A stretch of 64,000 bases of DNA from Holosporaceae bacterium UBA7879 (GCA_002500565.1 DLRV01000011.1:42019-106018), one strand, 5' to 3'; positions 18,508-28,366 are shown, counted from the stretch's first letter. The notes: generated by a model not told the origin, from the letters alone. Numbers and translations are program-made.

Positions 18508-20610
18508 ATGTCTGCACATTTAAAAAAGATATTTTTAATTTTGTTGCTGGTGAATACGTATTCTGTTTTGGCAATGGATCCTGCAGAAGATCAAGAAGAA
18601 CCCTCTTTAAGGCGCACCCCTCTTACCTCAGATCGCGCTTCGGAAGATGTGCCTGCCGCAGCGGCGACTGCTGCCGGTCCTGTTCATGAAGTGGGTCAAG
18701 TAAAAGATCCTCTTATTAATGGATGTCGAAAAAAATTTGAGGCCCTCATAGAAGAAGAACCACCAGAATTGAAAGACGAGCTGCGTAGAGCTTATGAGAA
18801 GGTTGGAGAAATGTTTGATGCTTATAAGCCAAAAAAGCCAGGTTGTCCTGTATTCGATGATCAAGTCACAATTAGTCCTGAACTGAAGATATCAGTTGAG
18901 AACCTTCATACCCTCAACAGCAGTTTTTACTTACACGGTTTCATGTCTAGAATTTTTCCTGTAGATGGTCACCGTATGGCTGTACTTCTTGCACTCCAGA
19001 CGTATGAAGAAAAAACTTTTGAACGGGCAAAAAAAAGAGCCAAACTCGAAAAAGAAACAATAGAAGCAAGGAAACCCAGTGACCAGCCAAATGCCCCCAA
19101 AAAAGAAGGACCATCTCCTGGAGCTCCTCCTTCTTTGTGGAGCCTCCTTAACCCTCATAAGCCAGGTAACGGCGGCAAAGGCTTTTTTCCTCCTGTTCCT
19201 GTATTTCCTCATTCTTTGTCGAGCTTCCTTAACCCTCATAAGCCAGGTAACAGCGTCACAGCCTTTTTTCCTGGTGTTAATGGACCTCCTCTTTCAATGG
19301 GCTGTGGGGGAAAACCCAGTGACCAGCCAAATGCCCCCACAAAACCGGGACAAAGAAGTATTGTTTCCCCAGCAGCCTCCGCTCAAGCATCTGCAGCTGC
19401 ATTGCAAGCCACCTCTCCCGCAGCAGCTGCAGCCCCTGACGAACAATCTTTAAAACAAGGTTTAAGCGTTGCAGCCCTTGCACAAACAGTGATTGCTGCA
19501 ATGTCTTCGGGTTCTAATCCTTGCTGTGCGCCATCAATGATATCGAATGCAGCACTGGTATTAAGCCAAGTTGTAAAAGCAAGCGAGGATGATTTCAGAT
19601 ATCACTTTCTTCAGGAAGTGCAGAAAAGCCTTGAGGCGAAAAGTGGCGCTTCCTTTAAGGATCCAGTTCCGCTTTCTTCTTGCGAAGAGCTAGCAGTGGT
19701 TTGCGGCAAACAAATACCCGAAGAGTTCTTATCACTTTTAACAGGCGATGGAAAACTTCAAGTCACACAAAATGTAAACACTTTAACCGGCGAGCCCCAA
19801 AAAATGTTAGAAAAGTTTGCGGAGAGAGAAGATCTAGCAGTAGCAAGTGCTTCGCTATTAACATTCAAGGAGAAATGGTCATCAGCAGTAAGTGCAGAAA
19901 TTTACAGTGGTTCTTTGCCGTGGAAAGATATAAACGGTAATGAAGTAGAACTTCCACCAGGACACTTTTGGAAATTTTCCCGTAAAGGAAAAGAAGAGGG
20001 CATATTCAGCTTTTTAAGAAACTACACCCTAGCAGAAATTTTACACAAATCTACTGAATCAAAAAGAGATATTGGCCCAGTTATTTTGCATGCACAACAA
20101 AATGAAACGGGTGAATGGATAAATGACTTCTCATCACCAGAGGTTTCTCTATTAGGTCTGTTTTCTCCCAATAATAAAAGCCTCGTGGTTTTTGCCAAAG
20201 CAAATGGTGACGAAAATGCACAGAAAGTAACACCTGAAAATGTGTTGAAGATTATGGCATCATGTCACATTTATGGACCCTCTTTCGATAATGCCAACGG
20301 GATTCTCCCGATATTGGAAAGCAATCAAGAAATTAATTTAAAAGATTTATTTAAATTGTATGATCCTAGAATCTTAGAATGGATTCAAACAATTAAAATG
20401 AAAATAAATCATAAAGGAGCAGAAGTTATTGCGCGACAAGTTTTTGGAGCTGTTTTAAGAGGAGGTGGAGGAAATGTGCCTCGTTTTGACCCCTTAACGA
20501 TATTTAAAATGATACAAGCTGGTGGACTATGTATGGTCTTTGATGCGAAAAATCTAGCTTCCCCCCTTGCTGTTACGAAAGTCACCAACCCCACAAAATA
20601 TAAGCCTTAG
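18508..20610 (+). CDS. secreted hypothetical protein with internal tandem peptide repeats (effector candidate)
   Basis: 700 aa; signal peptide (LILLLVNTYSVLA); repeated SDQPNAPxK and LNPHKPGN...FFP motifs (DNA repeats at ~19070/19310 and 19146/19228). Confidence 0.45.
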   Translation: MSAHLKKIFLILLLVNTYSVLAMDPAEDQEEPSLRRTPLTSDRASEDVPAAAATAAGPVHEVGQVKDPLINGCRKKFEALIEEEPPELKDELRRAYEKVGEMFDAYKPKKPGCPVFDDQVTISPELKISVENLHTLNSSFYLHGFMSRIFPVDGHRMAVLLALQTYEEKTFERAKKRAKLEKETIEARKPSDQPNAPKKEGPSPGAPPSLWSLLNPHKPGNGGKGFFPPVPVFPHSLSSFLNPHKPGNSVTAFFPGVNGPPLSMGCGGKPSDQPNAPTKPGQRSIVSPAASAQASAAALQATSPAAAAAPDEQSLKQGLSVAALAQTVIAAMSSGSNPCCAPSMISNAALVLSQVVKASEDDFRYHFLQEVQKSLEAKSGASFKDPVPLSSCEELAVVCGKQIPEEFLSLLTGDGKLQVTQNVNTLTGEPQKMLEKFAEREDLAVASASLLTFKEKWSSAVSAEIYSGSLPWKDINGNEVELPPGHFWKFSRKGKEEGIFSFLRNYTLAEILHKSTESKRDIGPVILHAQQNETGEWINDFSSPEVSLLGLFSPNNKSLVVFAKANGDENAQKVTPENVLKIMASCHIYGPSFDNANGILPILESNQEINLKDLFKLYDPRILEWIQTIKMKINHKGAEVIARQVFGAVLRGGGGNVPRFDPLTIFKMIQAGGLCMVFDAKNLASPLAVTKVTNPTKYKP

Positions 20611-20879
20611 GATATTGTGAATTAAAAAAGGGCTCAATTAGTTATTTATTTAAGAACTCTTTCTTGCTGTTTTGAGCCTTCCCAGAATGTATAGGTTAGA
20701 TAATTCATTGACAGAGTTTAGAATAGAAAGAGCTCTGGAAACAACGAGGCAACCATGAGAATGAACAGTAAAGATGAAACGCTCAAAAAGAAATGATATC
20801 CAAAAATATCCGTTTTTAATCAAAGACTATGAATCTGTTAAGGGTTAGTATCCATCCAACCCTTAATAGCGTAAGGGCC

Positions 20880-21010
20880 TTTTATGCCCTGCACTTGCCG
20901 GTCGATTCCCTCCTTTACCAGTCATTGCGAGGCGGAGCGTAGCTCCAAAACACGTCATCATGAGGAGTGGTGAAACCACGACGTGATGATCTCATCCATT
21001 TCCCCGTCAT
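20880..21010. repeat. palindromic MITE-like repeat units
   Basis: CCAGTCATTGCGAGGCGGAGCGTAGCTCC...GTCATCATGAGGAGTGGTGAAACCACGACGTGATGATCTC. Confidence 0.7.
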
Positions 21011-21045
21011 CATTATGAAAGCGGAACGTATAGGTTGTATACTTT

Positions 21046-21555
21046 TCAATAAACCGGCAAACAGCCCTCATCGATCAACGTTCCCTCAGCATACAGCTTT
21101 GCCTCAGCATCGCGGCGTCTAACCAAGCCTTGCAGTTTTCGCCCTCTAGCTTTAACCCAACGATAGAATTCATTCACCACTTCATCATGCATGTCACGGT
21201 TCAGTTTTTGCCGCAGCGTTGAGCGTTGAAAAGCCATCCCGCCAACATTAAAAATAAAAGACAGTAAAGCTATTTCTTGCAAAATAGTTAACTCAACCTC
21301 AACCAATTGATCAAGTTGTTTTTTAACCCTAACCAAATCACGCCGCAGTAATTTCTCAGCCTTTTCTTTACTCAGGGGTTCTTCAATTTTTTCCCGTGGC
21401 CTAATCACATGGCCATAGCCAATCGTGATCAAACCAGCTGGGCAAAAGTATCGATACCGCCTGAATCCCTCAAACGGTAAAATAAATTTTGTTGCTTGGG
21501 TCAGCACATCACAATTAACATCGCCCAACACCACAAACTCTTTGTTAACAGTCAT
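21046..21555 (-). CDS. phage-type lysozyme (GH24 endolysin)
   Basis: 169 aa; GH24 catalytic region FEGFRRYRYFCPAGLITIGYGH (E...T.GYGH pattern of lambda R/T4 e-like lysozymes). Confidence 0.75.
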   Translation of the reverse strand: MTVNKEFVVLGDVNCDVLTQATKFILPFEGFRRYRYFCPAGLITIGYGHVIRPREKIEEPLSKEKAEKLLRRDLVRVKKQLDQLVEVELTILQEIALLSFIFNVGGMAFQRSTLRQKLNRDMHDEVVNEFYRWVKARGRKLQGLVRRRDAEAKLYAEGTLIDEGCLPVY

Positions 21556-21566
21556 CAGCGCCCTCT

Positions 21567-22037
21567 TTAAGATTTGCTTTTAGCGCGGCGTTGTTGCCTG
21601 AGAGCCCGCTGACCAAACCAAAAAGACATCACAGCTGCAAACAATGCTTGGTCTTCTTCATGCCAAGCCCGCATCAATGCTGTGCTGATCGCCATGTGAT
21701 CTGTCACAATTAGTAATGTTTTTACCTGTGCCCATTTAACGCTGGCGTACAAAATAAAAAACACATAGGTAATAACAGGCCGAACACTGGCTGCCAATGC
21801 ATCGACCCACTTAATTTTGGTTTGAGCAATTGGCCGGTAAATGCCTTGCGTTTCAACCACATCAATTAGATCCCGCATTTCTTGGGCGCGCATCCGATGA
21901 TTCAACTTCATCACCTCAATTTGCCGATCAAACATTTTCAGTTCGTGGCCTTTGTCTTGTTGGTCTTGAAAGTATTTGACAATATCTGGGAACACACTGC
22001 CCAGAAAACCTATAAACGATCCAAGAATTGTTAACAT
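21567..22037 (-). CDS. putative phage holin / membrane protein of lysis cassette
   Basis: 156 aa; hydrophobic segments at N-terminus and middle, charged C-terminus (RRAKSKS); 11 bp upstream of the lysozyme gene on the same strand. Confidence 0.4.
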   Translation of the reverse strand: MLTILGSFIGFLGSVFPDIVKYFQDQQDKGHELKMFDRQIEVMKLNHRMRAQEMRDLIDVVETQGIYRPIAQTKIKWVDALAASVRPVITYVFFILYASVKWAQVKTLLIVTDHMAISTALMRAWHEEDQALFAAVMSFWFGQRALRQQRRAKSKS

Positions 22038-22059
22038 TTTTTTTCTCCATATTTTGTTG

Positions 22060-22400
22060 TTTAATTAAATCCGTCATTCTGAGAGGATCTTTAATCCGCG
22101 TGAGAATCTCATCCATTCCCCCGTCATTGCGAAGGAGTGAAACGACTGTGGGAATCTCTTCCGCCTTTAACAAGACCCTCACGTCGAAATTTCATTTCTC
22201 CTCAGGGTGACGGGTAAATAGAAAAACGTCATTGCGAGGCGGAGCGCAGCTCCAACGTGGCAATCTCTTCTGCCTTCACTCCACAAGACCCTCACGTCGA
22301 AATTGCATTTCTCCTCAGGGTGACTGGTTTTGGTTTATACGTCATCATGAGGAGCTGCTTTGCAGCGACGTGATGATCTCTCTTAGACGCGAGAATCTCT
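22060..22400. repeat. large cluster of palindromic MITE-like repeat units
   Basis: at least 7 units (GTCATTCTGAG...GAGAATCTC, GTCATTGCGAGGCGGAGCG...TGGCAATCTC, CCTCAGGGTGACGGGT, GTCATCATGAGGAG...CGACGTGATGATCTC). Confidence 0.7.
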
Positions 22401-22424
22401 CTAATCTCCTTCAAATTCACCGCC

Positions 22425-22946
22425 CTACCGTGACTCCATTATCACCAAGCGCCCTTTGGTCTGCATTAAATCCGGCTGCCAGGTTAGCTGCAGATCTTGA
22501 ACCAACCCTTTCAGGCGCGGCTTATAACGAGCGCCACTGAAGGCCAACTCTGTTTCAAACCAGTTTTGAACCGGGTTTTGCATCCCAGGGATTTCTTCAC
22601 CATCCGCTGTGACAATCCGCAAACTGCCTTGCTGCCAAGGTCTGCTGGTCCAAACCTTGTTCCCGTCTCGCTTCAAATCGTCTCCACTTTCATACCAGCT
22701 GTGGCTCAAGGTTAAGTTAATCTCATCTCCTTTCTTCATGCTCAAAACCGGATCAGAGCGATTGGTTTGAAAATCAATCTCAACCTGGTACAAGGGTCGG
22801 CTTTGCACCGGTCCTACATAAACCCAATCGCCATCAATCGTTGGCTTCATTTGCCCCATCCCTTGCAAACGAATCTGTTCTGTATAGAGTGTAAAATTTT
22901 GCCGCCAGGCATTTAAATCAATGTGTTGCATTGGTATCTTCTCCAT
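22425..22946 (-). CDS. phage-associated hypothetical protein
   Basis: 173-aa ORF overlapping the 3' end of the portal gene on the same strand; no recognisable motif. Confidence 0.35.
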   Translation of the reverse strand: MEKIPMQHIDLNAWRQNFTLYTEQIRLQGMGQMKPTIDGDWVYVGPVQSRPLYQVEIDFQTNRSDPVLSMKKGDEINLTLSHSWYESGDDLKRDGNKVWTSRPWQQGSLRIVTADGEEIPGMQNPVQNWFETELAFSGARYKPRLKGLVQDLQLTWQPDLMQTKGRLVIMESR

Positions 22947-24141
22947 TTCTATTTATTGTTTGTTCTGAGTCCGTAACTGCTGATTTCTCCAGTGGTCCAT
23001 ATCCCACCGCTGCGCGTTTTTCATTGGTTGTGAGAAAGTCAGCTTTTTGGAGTCGTTCCCAAATGGATTCACGTCTAAACGTTAGCGCTGAAATTTTTTC
23101 GGCATCAAAGCTAAACCCTTCCGCATTCATCCCTGCCCAGGTTGAAAACTCGGCCATGATGCGTTGCAGTAAAGGAATGATCGTGTCTTCCCATAAGTGG
23201 AAGCGGGCTTCCTTATAATTGGCAAAAGTGGCATCGCCTGGCACGCCCACCAGCATGGGTGGCACGCCAAACGTTTGTGCCACTTCCCGTGCAGCCATTT
23301 GTTTACCGGTCAGAAAATCCATATCACGTGGGCTCATCCCCATTTCACGCCAATCCAAATCCCCTTCCAACACCATCATTTTGCCAGCTTGGCCTGTGCC
23401 ACCATACGCATCGTTCAGCTCTTGCCGTAACTGTTCGCGTTGTTCTTCGGTCAGGGGCAAGCTATGTTCAGCTTGTTTCATCACCAAAGCCCCAGTTGGC
23501 CGTCCGCCGTTATTCAACAGCGAGATATTGTGTTGGCCCATGGCATTGGCTTGATCAATGGCCAATGCCGCAGCTTGAAGTGGGCTCAGCCCATACCAAT
23601 CGTTGTGGGGGTGAAAAAACTTAATGTGCAGAATGTTCGAAGCGCCTGTCTCGGCATTCACAGGAATAATTCTTTTCCGTCCTTCCACTTCATACTGGAA
23701 CGCTTTCGGAATGCCATGGGGCCCGGGCACCACCGCAACCCGATCTGGACGCAAGGGATATAACTCCATTCGCCCTGTATCTGGGCAGGTATAGCGCTCT
23801 ATGTATGTATTCCCTGATAGCAGCAAATAGCTGGTCACTGTTTCTATAAAACTTGACCACGATTGGCTTGGATTGGGCTTGCTCAAAACTTTTTGCCAGT
23901 GCTTCTGTAATTTTGGACACCAGTTATTTGGTATCTGCCACACCACACTGGCAAGGTTATGGGCAATCACATTAATCGCGCGGTAGACAATGCTATTTTT
24001 GCCATAGCCCTCTTGGCATAAGTTCCAATAACTTTGCGACAGGTCACGGCTTGCCATACCGCTACGCACCGACAAAATAGCCGGCCTTGAGTTTGCACGC
24101 GTTTTTGTGCGTTTTGATTTATTCTGAAACCATTGAAACAT
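22918..24141 (-). CDS. phage portal protein, HK97/GTA family
   Basis: 407 aa; portal-family conserved stretches (YWNLCQEGYGKN, LLLSGNTYIERY, VLEGDLDWREMGMSPRDMDFL, FHLWEDTIIPL) as in HK97-type and RcGTA g3 portals. Confidence 0.75.
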   Translation of the reverse strand: MFQWFQNKSKRTKTRANSRPAILSVRSGMASRDLSQSYWNLCQEGYGKNSIVYRAINVIAHNLASVVWQIPNNWCPKLQKHWQKVLSKPNPSQSWSSFIETVTSYLLLSGNTYIERYTCPDTGRMELYPLRPDRVAVVPGPHGIPKAFQYEVEGRKRIIPVNAETGASNILHIKFFHPHNDWYGLSPLQAAALAIDQANAMGQHNISLLNNGGRPTGALVMKQAEHSLPLTEEQREQLRQELNDAYGGTGQAGKMMVLEGDLDWREMGMSPRDMDFLTGKQMAAREVAQTFGVPPMLVGVPGDATFANYKEARFHLWEDTIIPLLQRIMAEFSTWAGMNAEGFSFDAEKISALTFRRESIWERLQKADFLTTNEKRAAVGYGPLEKSAVTDSEQTINRNGEDTNATH

Positions 24142-24186
24142 GGATCTTCCTTTCTTTGTTGTTAAGTTGTTTGATTAATTTTTGGT

Positions 24187-24215
24187 ATAAAAAAAGCCCC
24201 AGAATTTGGGGCTAT
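24187..24215 (-). terminator. rho-independent terminator candidate
   Basis: GCCCCAGAATTTGGGGC hairpin with run of A upstream on plus strand (T-run on minus). Confidence 0.4.
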
Positions 24216-24353
24216 TCGTATATTTTATTCGTTAGTCTCGTACAAGGATGACGGGTTTTAGTTTGCCAGTCATTTTAAGCCGCCAATGAAGAGAGGCTGA
24301 AATCCAAAGGCATGAGTTTCAAAATTCACCACAAAAAGTAACGGAGCAAACCT

Positions 24354-24458
24354 ATGAACAAAAATGTGACTAAAGGAAATAGCACGAAATCAAAGATCCG
24401 GGCCAAAGTGGAGCACGTATTTGCGGTGCTGAAAGACCAGGTGAACCTCTTCATCTGA
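24354..24458 (+). pseudogene. IS5-family transposase C-terminal fragment
   Basis: 34-codon remnant MNKNVTKGNSTKSKIRAKVEHVFAVLKDQVNLFI* carrying the IS5-family signature R-A-K-V-E-H-x-F-x-x-x-K; no intact transposase or inverted repeats identified. Confidence 0.55.
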
Positions 24459-24491
24459 TGAATTTTTACCACTAAATCCCACCAAATTTAC

Positions 24492-24743
24492 TTATTTATA
24501 GAGGTGCTCACCTGGAGCAAAATTCTCAACAATTTCACCATTATCATTGATTGTTTCCATGGCATATTCTTCCAAAGCTGCCTTGCAGTCAAAAAATCCA
24601 ACTAAGCCCAAAAGAGCATCTATATTATAATAACCTTTAGTACTTTCTTCTTCATTTTCTGATTTATACAATTGCAAAGCTTGATTGTAATGCCACAACA
24701 ATCTCACTGCATAAGGATCACCGTAGCGTGCTTCGTATTGCAA
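24492..24743 (-). CDS. hypothetical protein, probably N-terminally disrupted
   Basis: 83 aa from first Met, but the frame stays open upstream to about 24960 (EAEECPVSARLVELYYEAAFKPNAED...) where a MITE-like repeat cluster begins; helical repeat-like composition. Confidence 0.3.
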   Translation of the reverse strand: MQYEARYGDPYAVRLLWHYNQALQLYKSENEEESTKGYYNIDALLGLVGFFDCKAALEEYAMETINDNGEIVENFAPGEHLYK

Positions 24744-24954
24744 AAACCCTAAAGCTTTCCTGTTTTGTTCACATTCATCTAGTTTAGTAACTTTACCATC
24801 AATAACGACCTCATTAGCATATTCCCATAGTGCTTCCAGAGGGCCCCAAACATTCGACAGAGCCAGTATACTATTTTGCAGATCTTCTGCATTGGGTTTG
24901 AAAGCAGCCTCATAATACAGCTCTACTAAACGAGCTGAAACAGGACATTCTTCT

Positions 24955-25060
24955 GCCTCATGAGGGTGACGGGTTCTGGTTCACCCGTCATTCCGAAGGA
25001 GCACCGCGACTGTGGGAATCTCCTTCCAACTCCACACCAACACTCCCCTTAACTCCATAC
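24955..25060. repeat. palindromic MITE-like repeat units
   Basis: CTCATGAGGGTGACGGGTTCTGGTTCACCCGTCATTCCGAAGGAGCACCGCGACTGTGGGAATCTCC. Confidence 0.65.
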
Positions 25061-25112
25061 CAAAAAAAAGGGAGCCGAAGCCCCCTTTGACTTAAATCGC
25101 TAAAGATAAAAC

Positions 25113-28100
25113 TTATAATGCTGGTGTTTCATCATCAGAACCTAATAATGGTCTAGCATTCGGAAGTGAGGCAGGTCTGTCATCCGGATTGACATGTTTT
25201 GCACGTGGCACAGCTGACAAATCGACAGAAGGCTCTTTCTCAAACATTTTCACCAGTCCATGGCCTTGCTTAAGTTCATTGTCAACAAATCTTTGGAAAT
25301 TCTCTAATGCAGATTTTCTTGTTTTAGATGATCTTGGAGCGTCATCTTTAGATAGCACAGAAAGATTTACATAACCACTTCCTAGATCCAGACCTTCTGG
25401 CACTTGCCCATTATCTTTCAGTTCTATAAACCAATTATTAACTTGATTAATAAATTTATATTTTTTACCCGTATACTGTTGATGTATCGCATTAAGATCA
25501 ACACCTTTTACAGGTTTTACAGGCGGCAATGCATCACGCAGTCCACCAGCTGAGCGGCGGGCTGGGCTCATGACACGGTCACCAGCCGCTGCTGCTGCCG
25601 CAGCACCTTCTGCACCCTCTTCGCCATCATTAACACCAGCACGGAACTGAGCCAATTCAGTTGCAAATTCCTTAGCAGCAGCTTGATGCTTAGATGCCGC
25701 AGCGATTAGGCCTCTCATTAAATCAGCTAGTACGCCTACATCTTCAACACGGTCAACTTTGGCGTCTTTAATAGCTGTACCATACTGGCTTTCAGTAAAA
25801 ACTTTCACTGCAGCCCGCACAGCTGCTAGCATCGCTTCTTGGCCTTCTTCCGCTGCTACTTTTGCCGCCTCTGCCGTTGCAGCACGCTCTTCAGCCTGTT
25901 GCGCCGCTTGTATCTGCTGGCGCAAGTCTGCCGCTTGAGCTTCTTGAGCTTCTTGTGCCGCTCTTTGGGCTTCCTCAAGTTCTGCTACCTTATCTGCTTC
26001 TACTTCCGCTCTAGCTGCCGCAACCTCTGCCGCTTTAGCTTCTTGTGCATCAAGGGCATGTTGATGTAGTCGTTGTAATTCATTTTCAAGCTCAGCAGTT
26101 CGTTGCGTCAATTCAGCTCTCGCCGCTTCTGCTGCAGCGCGGGCTTCATTAGCTTGTTGTGCTGCTTCATTTGCTGCTTCTAGTTCATGTTGTAATCTTG
26201 CCAATTCTTGAGCTTGAGCTTGAGCCGCAGCATCTTGAGCACCTTGGTTAGCTGCAGCCGCTGCTGCTTGCTGTGCTTCCAAAGCTTCAAATCTGCGTTG
26301 AAGTTCATCTCTAGCTGCTTCTGCATCATGTGCACGACGGGTTGCATCTGCTAAGTTCTGCTCAGCCTCTGCTTTGGCTGCAGCTTCTTGTGCTTGGGCC
26401 TCCGCTGCTCTTTGAGCTTGTTCTGCCTGATCTGCTAGACGACCTTGCAATTCATTTCTCGCCGCTTCTGCTGCAGCGCGGGCTTCACGAGCCTGACGCG
26501 CTTCTTCAGTTGCTGCGTCTAGTTCACGTTGTAACCGTGCCAATTCAGCTGCTTGAGCTTGAGCCGCAGCATCTTGAGCACCTTGGTTAGCTGCAGCCGC
26601 TGCTGCTTGCGCATCCCGAAGTTGTTGTAACTCACCAGCAATTCTTTGCCGTTCAGCCTCTGCATCATCTGCTCGACGGGTTGCAGCTTCTAATTCTTGC
26701 TGATGCGCTGCTAAGTTCTGCTCAGCTTCTGCTTTGGCTTCAGTTGCTGCTGCAACATGCGCCTGAGCTGCTTCTTCAGCTTGTCTTACGGCTGCTGCTT
26801 GGGCCTCCGCTGCTCTTTGAGCTTGTTCTGCCTGATCTGCTAGACGACCTTGCAATTCAGCTCTCGCCGCTTCTGCTGCAGCGCGGGCTTCACGAGCCTG
26901 ACGCGCTTCTTCAGTTGCTGCGTCTAGTTGCTGACGTAACTGTACCAAAGCTTCTTGTTGAGCTTGAGCCGCAGCATCTTGAGCACCTTGGTTAGCTGCA
27001 GCCGCTACTGCTTGTTGCGCATCCCGAAGTTGTTGTAACTCACCAGCAATTCTTTGCTGTTCAGCCGCTGCCGCTTGTGCACGATGGTTAGCTTGATCTG
27101 CAGCATCACCTAACTGCTGCAAACGGTTTTGAACTGCTGCATCAACATCTGCTGGCAACGCAGCATTATCTGCAAGTCCAAGAACTCTTCTTGCAAGAGC
27201 TTGACTTGCTGCTCTGGCGGCATCACGTTCTCTTTCTGCAGCTTCCAACTCTTGCTGACGCGCTGCTACTTCTGCTCGCGCTTGGACCAAATTATCTTCT
27301 GCTTGACGAAGGTCTGCCGCTCTTTGCATTGCCGCTGCTTCATCCGCTGGTGCTTGCTGACCTTGTGGTACTAACGCTGCCAAAATACGACCTTTTTCCT
27401 GCTGTGCAGCATTTAAATCATTTTGCGCTTGCTGTAAGTCCTGCTCAGCTTGACGAAGCGCCTGAGCGCGAGCTACAGCCGCAGGTAAATTTGCAGGTAC
27501 TGTACCATTAACATCTTGCAATTCTTGTAAAAGCTGTCGTCTTCCAGCACGCAAGGCAGCCAATTCTATTTGCTCTTGGTTGTTCAATGGCTGATTAGGG
27601 GCATTTAACTGAGCTTGTGCCGCTGCCGCTGCTGCTACCGCCGCTGCCTCACGCTGCTGTGCCGCTTGCAAATCTAAACGCGCTTGTGCTTCTGCCGCTA
27701 CCGCCGCTGCCGCTGCTGCTGCCGCTTGTTGAGCCGCTTGTGCTTGACGTGCCACATCACCGCGTAGTTGATTTGCTGCCGCAACATGTGCGGCAACTGC
27801 CGGGTCTGGTTGAGCAGGTGGATTACCATTTACTGCTGCTGCTAACTGTTGTAAGCGCGCCCGTTCTGCCGCTTCTGCTTGTTGTGCTTGTTGTGCAGCT
27901 TGCCTTGCCGCTTGTAAATCTACACGCGCTTGTGCTGCTGCCGCAACTGCTGGCACTGGATTAGCAGGCACTTGTTGACCATTTAACACGTCTTCCACCT
28001 CTTGCAGATGAGCTTGTGCCGCTGCCACAGCAGCCTGGTTTCCACCCCCTGCTTGTGCTTGTTGCATTTGCTGAACATAATTAAGAGCATTTCCACTACT

Positions 28101-28316
28101 TAAAAACCGGATAAAATCACCTTTTTGGAGCATTAACCCCATATTGCGAGCAACGACAGGGATATACGCTGGTGGAATTTGTTGCGCAGGTACAACTTTT
28201 GCATTGTGATTACGAATGTAAGCCTCCGCTTGCTCAATTGTTGGCTTACCAGCAGACACTGATACGGCTAAAAAAGCTGTTGTAGCCAATACGCTAAGTT
28301 TAAATTTGTTAAACAT
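25113..28316 (-). CDS. secreted giant coiled-coil repeat protein, Ala/Gln/Glu-rich (eukaryote-like effector candidate)
   Basis: 1067 aa; signal peptide (LSVLATTAFLAVSVSA); ~700 aa of heptad-like A/Q/E/R-rich sequence with three near-identical ~115-130-aa tandem units; unique ~250-aa C-terminal domain. Confidence 0.6.
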   Translation of the reverse strand: MFNKFKLSVLATTAFLAVSVSAGKPTIEQAEAYIRNHNAKVVPAQQIPPAYIPVVARNMGLMLQKGDFIRFLSSGNALNYVQQMQQAQAGGGNQAAVAAAQAHLQEVEDVLNGQQVPANPVPAVAAAAQARVDLQAARQAAQQAQQAEAAERARLQQLAAAVNGNPPAQPDPAVAAHVAAANQLRGDVARQAQAAQQAAAAAAAAVAAEAQARLDLQAAQQREAAAVAAAAAAQAQLNAPNQPLNNQEQIELAALRAGRRQLLQELQDVNGTVPANLPAAVARAQALRQAEQDLQQAQNDLNAAQQEKGRILAALVPQGQQAPADEAAAMQRAADLRQAEDNLVQARAEVAARQQELEAAERERDAARAASQALARRVLGLADNAALPADVDAAVQNRLQQLGDAADQANHRAQAAAAEQQRIAGELQQLRDAQQAVAAAANQGAQDAAAQAQQEALVQLRQQLDAATEEARQAREARAAAEAARAELQGRLADQAEQAQRAAEAQAAAVRQAEEAAQAHVAAATEAKAEAEQNLAAHQQELEAATRRADDAEAERQRIAGELQQLRDAQAAAAAANQGAQDAAAQAQAAELARLQRELDAATEEARQAREARAAAEAARNELQGRLADQAEQAQRAAEAQAQEAAAKAEAEQNLADATRRAHDAEAARDELQRRFEALEAQQAAAAAANQGAQDAAAQAQAQELARLQHELEAANEAAQQANEARAAAEAARAELTQRTAELENELQRLHQHALDAQEAKAAEVAAARAEVEADKVAELEEAQRAAQEAQEAQAADLRQQIQAAQQAEERAATAEAAKVAAEEGQEAMLAAVRAAVKVFTESQYGTAIKDAKVDRVEDVGVLADLMRGLIAAASKHQAAAKEFATELAQFRAGVNDGEEGAEGAAAAAAAGDRVMSPARRSAGGLRDALPPVKPVKGVDLNAIHQQYTGKKYKFINQVNNWFIELKDNGQVPEGLDLGSGYVNLSVLSKDDAPRSSKTRKSALENFQRFVDNELKQGHGLVKMFEKEPSVDLSAVPRAKHVNPDDRPASLPNARPLLGSDDETPAL
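26100..27100. repeat. intragenic tandem DNA repeats (~345-405 bp units, 3 copies)
   Basis: e.g. GCAGCATCTTGAGCACCTTGGTTAGCTGCAGCCGCTGCTGCTTG recurs at ~26221, ~26566, ~26971. Confidence 0.7.
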
Positions 28317-28366
28317 ATTTATTTCCCTTAATCTTTTAAAATTTTTATTTTAGCTAAATTTTTAAA

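Noticed and set aside
25189-27964. Multiple 60-115-aa Leu-rich ORFs on the plus strand (25839, 26330, 26681, 27129, 27191, 27617)
   Set aside because: All are antisense to the long Ala/Gln-rich coiled-coil gene. GCN-rich repeats automatically give open frames on the opposite strand.
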